Positions 48,289-64,000 of a DNA stretch of 64,000 nt are shown here, one piece after another. Numbering within the stretch: the stretch's first letter is position 1; each line of letters opens with the position of its first letter. The DNA is taken from NCBI RefSeq assembly GCF_964355755.1, contig NC_092670.1, positions 21,004,795-21,068,794 on the forward strand, read 5' to 3'. The position numbers and the translations under genes are program-made. Under the pieces are notes generated by a model. It was not told where the DNA came from. It ran no database searches and was given only the letters and a program-made list of their open reading frames with translations. This stretch comes from Antedon mediterranea. Its lineage: Eukaryota > Animalia > Echinodermata.

Positions 48289-50029
48289 ATGCCACATAAA
48301 GTTACAGGCCTAACCATGGCGCACTACCCAGTTGACTACTGGCAACCCTACAGCAAATACACGGTACCCTTCTCAGCGTTAGGGTTTATCACTTTTCTTG
48401 CGACGGGGGTCGGGACCCTGTCAGCGTACTGGGTTAAACATGAGTACGGAAACTACAACAGGACGAACCTGATAATGTATGAGGGTGTCTGGAGAAAGTG
48501 CTACTATACCTCCACTATTGGTTTGACAGCTAATACAGGTAGGCGTGGTGAATATTATAACGACGTACTTAGCACGAATAGACATAAGTCGCGTCAAAGT
48601 ACAATATGTCTCTCTTTCTGGTGACACGGGAAACATTGTACCTTTGTGTTGGTGCTATGACAAATATTACTATTTTTGGTGTTACTTACTCTATTCAAAT
48701 CAAAACAAAATACTCAAACCAAGATTTGCATAGGTTATTTCTATTGAAATAGAAATATTAGTGCAGCGTTGCTCTTTTGTGTTTTTTTTACTGTGTATAA
48801 TTATGCCTAAATTGATAAATAAAGGCTTCCGAAATATAAATATAAGAAATTTAAATTGTTACTAAATTACTATGTCTGAAAAGAAACTATTATACATCAT
48901 TTTATTTTGCGCTTTATTCCAACGTTTTATTGGTTTTTTTTTTCTTATATAGAATCAGAATGTGAAATGATAGATTATTTAGAAAAGCCTCAGCAAGGCC
49001 CTGGATATGACTACTACATTCTTTTATATGGTAAGCTAACGGTACTTAAACGCATAAAGAAAAAGATATAGTTTTGGGTTTAGGCCTATAGGCCTACTCG
49101 TATTTTGATGCTTTGGGGAAATGAACCCTCACACCTCAGCTCATTAAGAAATTGCAAAATAAGCTCATAAAGATCATATATTCTTCAGGAAACAGTTATC
49201 TATTCTAGGCCTAGATAAGAGATTAGGAAACTAAAGAGCTAGCGCATTATTGTAAAATAATTATTAGTCTTTCTAAAGCTAGCTCTGTCTACACTATCAA
49301 ACTTTATGTGACATAAAAATGTGGACATGATGATGCCATATCACTACCATAAATGGGCATATCACACTTTTTTTGTCCAACTAGTTTGATAGTGTAAACA
49401 GAGCTTTAAAGCCTAACAATTAATCAAGTTTTTCTTTGGTTTCAGAGTTAATGTTATCGTCTGTAATACTGATGACGCTTGGAACTTTAATATCGTTTAT
49501 TTCGGAAGTAGTAGCAATATTAACTATAAGGTTTCAGAATAAATCGTTCATGTTATGTTCAGGCTATTTCTTCATTCTCGCAGGTAAGTACTACGGCCGT
49601 AGGCCTAAAACAACTAAGCAAAGTGAAATGGAAAAGTAAAACCAACTATATAGGCCTATACTTAATTAAAGTAGAAATAAGTAAAAATCAATCTTTTATA
49701 AAGCCAAGTGCAGTAAACAAAATGGCAATTATAATTATTTCTTTTTTAAACGTATATTTTAGGTAAAATGTAGGCCTAGACCTGAAACTCTTTCTTTTTG
49801 TTCTTTCTCAATTCAAGGTATTTTTACGCTAGCCGGTTGCATGATTTTTACAGTAAAAGTAGTAATGGAAGAAAGATGGTGGCCTGTGGAATCGTTAGGC
49901 CCAGTACCGGACAAGTCATATCATATCTACTGGGGGTTCTTCTGTGCCTGGGGAGGGGTGTTCGCTTGCTTCTTTGTTGGAATGTTTTACTTTAAATTAT
50001 CACGACTGTATACCGAGGGCATCTACTAG
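48289..50029 (+). CDS. PMP22/EMP/MP20/claudin-superfamily tetraspan protein, 4 exons, about 225 aa
   Basis: Exons 48289-48538, 48953-49030, 49446-49583 and 49818-50029, all phase-1 GT-AG introns, 678 nt. W...EGVWRKC...C first-loop signature, four TM helices, YWGFFCAW before TM4. The start could instead be the ATG at 48316. Confidence 0.85.
49281..49405. mobile_element. MITE family A copy in the claudin-like gene intron
   Basis: Both TIRs present, internal deletion. Confidence 0.85.
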
Positions 50030-50055
50030 ATCTACAGTATACTTACTGTGTCAAC

Positions 50056-50242
50056 CAAGGCAATCTAACAATGGGATGCTGAGCTCCGGAGATCAAAGAA
50101 TTTACCTGTGGCTGCACCTTAAAAGACACCGCGCCGCGGAGAATATGTATCTGTTGGTGGTATTTGTAGCAGCCAGACATAAGATCAAGGGCTTGTTACG
50201 AGCAAAGCGAGCTCAGTGTCCTGTTGTTTGATTGCCTTCTTG
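50056..50242. mobile_element. P-superfamily-like MITE just after the claudin-like stop codon
   Basis: Imperfect ~30-bp TIR CAAGGCAATCTAACA..., 7-bp TSD TGTCAAC. Confidence 0.8.
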
Positions 50243-50625
50243 TGTCAACTACATCATTGTTTACATGATGCAATATTAACAGCTTATATTATAAAAAATA
50301 GTGTTAGAGATGTGTGGTGTTTTTTTTTTTAGTGTTAAGAATGAGAGGTTGGGGTGGTTGAGATTTGAAATGTTCATGAACGGGAGTTGTGAGTACGGGT
50401 CTTTCTACTGACAATGCATTTACATGATAGGAAAAAGTGTGTATAAAACGTGTTTTAATGTAAAGTGTCAATCATTATAGTTCTATATTTTTTTTTTTTT
50501 TTATGTGAATTACTAGGGCATAAAAATGTGCTGAAACAAACATAATATTTTATAATGCAATATGTTGGTTAAAAAATATGAGACCGTAAATAAGTGTTTT
50601 AGGATCGATAGTACATGTACATTAA

Positions 50626-50790
50626 AGCGTGGTTCCCATTAGCGACGCAACACAAGCACGTAACGCAACGCAAGTGAATTGACCAATCACAAACGATGGC
50701 TTATTCGCTTGTGATTGCTAACTGTCTATAACTTCGCTTGTCATTGGTTAAAAGCTTTAGTAAAGTTTGGTCCCACTATAGGACGCAACT
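50626..50790. mobile_element. MITE family B truncated copy plus the start of another
   Basis: Reverse complement of 41830-41974, followed by AGTTTGGTCCCACTA. Confidence 0.75.
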
Positions 50791-51831
50791 CTAGTAACTA
50801 CTAGTAGATCAAAGTTTCTGTTATAGACAGACCTGTATATAAACAAATTAATAAATGAGTTAATAAATATCTATATAGGCCTATATATATATAATGTACG
50901 TACTAGTGCTTTCATAATCAATTTGAATCATTTTTATCAAAGCAGATTTGTAAATAAAAATTGTATTACTGTACATTTTATTTTATATCACCAAAATATA
51001 CAATAAAGATAATGAAACAAAACAAATTGACGTGCGGTTTTTTATTCCGTAATTTATATCAGGTTGTGTACGCACGCGTAAAAATGTTGAGAATATGTTA
51101 ATGCGCGCGCGCGTTCACTTGGTGTCTTCTGCATGTAAAAGTAATTGAGATCTTATTATAAACCGGCGGAATGTTGTTGCTCGCGGGAAAATGTTAAAGA
51201 ACACTAATTATATGGTCACTTGCTTATATAAACTAAATGCCGTAAGAATCTCCTTGATTCACTACTAAAGACCCATTGATAAGAAATTCCATTCCGCGTG
51301 ATGGAAATATTACTGAAGTTGAAATACGTACTTAAATTACTACGTAAACCGTATTACCTTGAACAAGAGGTATACATTTACATTGAACCGTTCATGTGAA
51401 TAATTTGGTATAGGTGGATGGGCGAGTTATCATTGGTGCCAATACTGTAGTTATAAATCACCATCTCTTCGTTCAGGCTTAGTTAATTTCCCGGGTACAT
51501 TAAATTCATGGTCCACTTCGTGTGTCCTACTATGGATAGTAAATAATGATTTTTATAAAGAAGATGTTAGTTATGTTATTATACTGTAATTTTTTATCCT
51601 AAATTATATAATTATATATTCTAGGTTATTTTTATTTTTTTAGTAATGTGTTTTGTTGTGGGTCCCTACGAGACAAGTTTTTAACTTCTAGAAGGGATCC
51701 ATGATAATAATGACTACCAATTACTGCTTTATCTATGTTCACTTTAATATCTTTTTTCTATTTTGTATATATTCATTCATTATTATCTAAATAAATATTA
51801 TCTGAATTATCTGAATAATAACAAATAATAA

Positions 51832-51956
51832 AGCTCTGTCTACACTATCAGACTAGTTCAAATGACAAATATGGTAATGATATGCCCAAATATGGTAGTG
51901 ATACAACATCACATTTGTTGTCACATAAAGTTAAATTTGATAGTGTAGACAGAGCT
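51832..51956. mobile_element. MITE family A copy
   Basis: Both TIRs present. Confidence 0.85.
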
Positions 51957-52253
51957 CCGAACTAAGCCTATTATGAAAGCGTTTGATGGAAGGGTGTTTC
52001 GTTCATAACCGCAACAATTATAATTATACAGTACACAGAACTTCTATGAATCGGTTCGTCATCAATGCATAGACTTATTACCAACGGTAAAATATTTGTC
52101 AACAATAAAAAAAAAATATATAAACAGAATATAAGTTTTAACCATATTTTATTTGGTGCTCATAACTATCAGCGGTAAGAAACATTCACCGCAAGACAAG
52201 AAATGAGATAATATTGTATTTTGTACAAATTTCTGTCGATACCCTTATTATTA

Positions 52254-52382
52254 AGCTCTGTCTATACTATCAAACTAGTTTGTGATGTGTCCAAATATGG
52301 TAGTGATAAGCCTAAATATGGTAGTGGTATGACATCATGTCCATGGGCACATCACATAAAGTTTGATAGTGTGGACATAAAT
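52254..52382. mobile_element. MITE family A copy
   Basis: Left TIR after TTA, decayed right TIR. Confidence 0.8.
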
Positions 52383-53691
52383 TTAGTCTAATATCAACAT
52401 GACGATTGTCATGTCCAAATGGACATTGTGAAATACTCTTGGATAAACTTCACAATTAAATACACGGGCATTGTATTTATTTTTAATACTTACAAAACCA
52501 TGTCAAAACTACTGCAGTTACTGCAGTACAAACAAAAGCTCTTTAGTTAGAAAGCAAACTTGTTGAAGCAAGGAGTAACAATAACCCCTTGATTGGCAAA
52601 GAAGCAGTTGTTGTAACGTACTGCAGTAACTTCTTCAGAAACTGCAGTGTATTGACATAGTCATTTAATACATAATTTAAAATAATTGTGTACCCCAGAT
52701 TACCAGGTCAAATCCCTTACGTAACCAACACGCTTGAAATGTTTTCTATACATCTAGGCCTACTTAACAAATTTATGAATATCATAAATTAAATCATTTT
52801 TCTATGGCTTCCTTAATGTTTAAAAAGGAATGGAATAGAAACAAAAGCCTTGGAAGAAAATCAAAATATATTCAATAAATTCAACTACGAAATTTTCCTG
52901 ATAATTATTCCATATTATTCACAGAGTATGCTTTATGATTTAATTCAAATATTAATAAATTAAACTGCAAAACAGCATGCATTCTGGGAAGTCTACTGTG
53001 GTTACTGCAGTATTGTTTGTTTACTTACGTACTGATTTGACATATGAATTTTGAATTATAATTTATACCTATACAAAGATTTTATTAGTGCTATTACTGC
53101 AGTAATTTTACTTCAGCTGCTGTTTAAAATACACCTAGTATTGCAGATGCTTTAAATTAAGACCAACAATGAAATATAATTGTCATCCTGAATCTCACTG
53201 TGAATTTCGTAATCATGTTTTTCTTATTCTTTCTTTTTTACTTTTAGATTCAAAGTTAAACAAACAAACTATCAAACAATACTGATTACTTGTTGATGTA
53301 AAACCTTTTTTATATTACATATATCAGTAAATTTGCTAAATAAAGAAAAATGTTAACAGTCTACTGCAGTTATACCAAATAATGCAGTATCTATAAGCAT
53401 GAACTTGTTGTTCTTGGCAGTGCGAATAAACGTATAATAAACCTAAATAATGATGTACGTAATTGATTCAAATGCAGTACCATTAGTTTATGTTTACCTA
53501 ATAATGACCAGTTTTCTTTGTCAATAAAGTATAGCTAACTTAACAATAGCTGATTTTATATAAAGCACAGGATTCCCAGCGGATACTTTCTACTGCAGTT
53601 ACTGCAGTAAATATTGCCAGAAGCACTTCCATTCCAACTTAACAAATAATTAAATGTCATTAAAGCACAAGATTCCTAGCATTACATAGTG

Positions 53692-63433
<9,742 letters not shown>

Positions 63434-63535
63434 CTAAGCAAAGAAACAATGAAATTGGGTTTAAAAAAATTTAAGTTAAATTAGGGATGAATGGGTTGTA
63501 AATAAACATTATAATGACGGGTTAGCAGCATCTTA

Positions 63536-63612
63536 AGCCTTGTCTAGACCATCAAACTTTATGTCTGACAAAAAAATGTAATGTGCCCATTTATGGACAC
63601 GATGATGTCATA
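63536..63612. mobile_element. MITE family A fragment
   Basis: Left TIR variant plus internal ATGTGCCCAT.TATGGACA.GATGATGTCATA. Confidence 0.7.
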
Positions 63613-64000
63613 AAGGATATTAAAACATTGTGATGATTGGGTACTGCCAAACTGGATGGCCACGCCTACCTCCACACATGGTACAAAAAGAGCTCTTTAA
63701 CTAAAATGGAGGTAGACAAGATCACTTAACCAAGGATGAAGTATTTTAAGGCTTTAAACCCTAGCTCTTTATAGGAGCTGGGTCTTTACTTCTCCTTTGT
63801 CCAGTGCTGATCTCAACAACTATCAATAAAACCATAGAGATATTATAGTGAACATATCTCTATGATAAAACCCAGTCATACTTTGACCTTTACTTGACCT
63901 TTTGATTAAGACAGTATTAAGTATCATTGGCAATATTTACACAAAATTAAAAATCATTATTTAATGGGAACTACACTTCAGCAGCACGATTGTTTCCTGC

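Overview
AT-rich, intron-containing animal genomic DNA. The repeat and gene style suggests a marine invertebrate deuterostome such as an echinoderm (inference only). Genes read from the sequence: two intronless paralogous class A GPCRs pointing away from each other (1738-2817 -, 20500-21741 +), separated by an 8.8 kb 44/46-bp tandem array; a 22-exon PGAP1 (GPI inositol-deacylase) gene on the minus strand (22778-46832); a 4-exon PMP22/claudin-superfamily gene (48289-50029 +); and most of a Miro/RHOT mitochondrial Rho GTPase gene (53692 to beyond the window end, -). The 7 kb PGAP1 intron 14 holds a 3-exon carbohydrate sulfotransferase gene (+), an orphan 357-aa intronless ORF (-) and a degenerate tRNA-Val inside the sulfotransferase intron. 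Non-coding DNA is rich in non-autonomous DNA transposons (PIF/Harbinger-, Merlin-, Kolobok-, P- and pogo-like, assigned from termini and target-site duplications), Nin/Deu-domain SINEs, LINE relics and minisatellites. The three ~2900-aa ORFs are artefacts of a stop-free satellite. I found no clearly new molecular system. The best leads are the nested gene arrangement, the orphan ORF, the satellite's higher-order structure, the altered GPCR ligand pockets and candidate alternative exons in Miro and PGAP1. All exon boundaries were placed by hand and have no transcript support.
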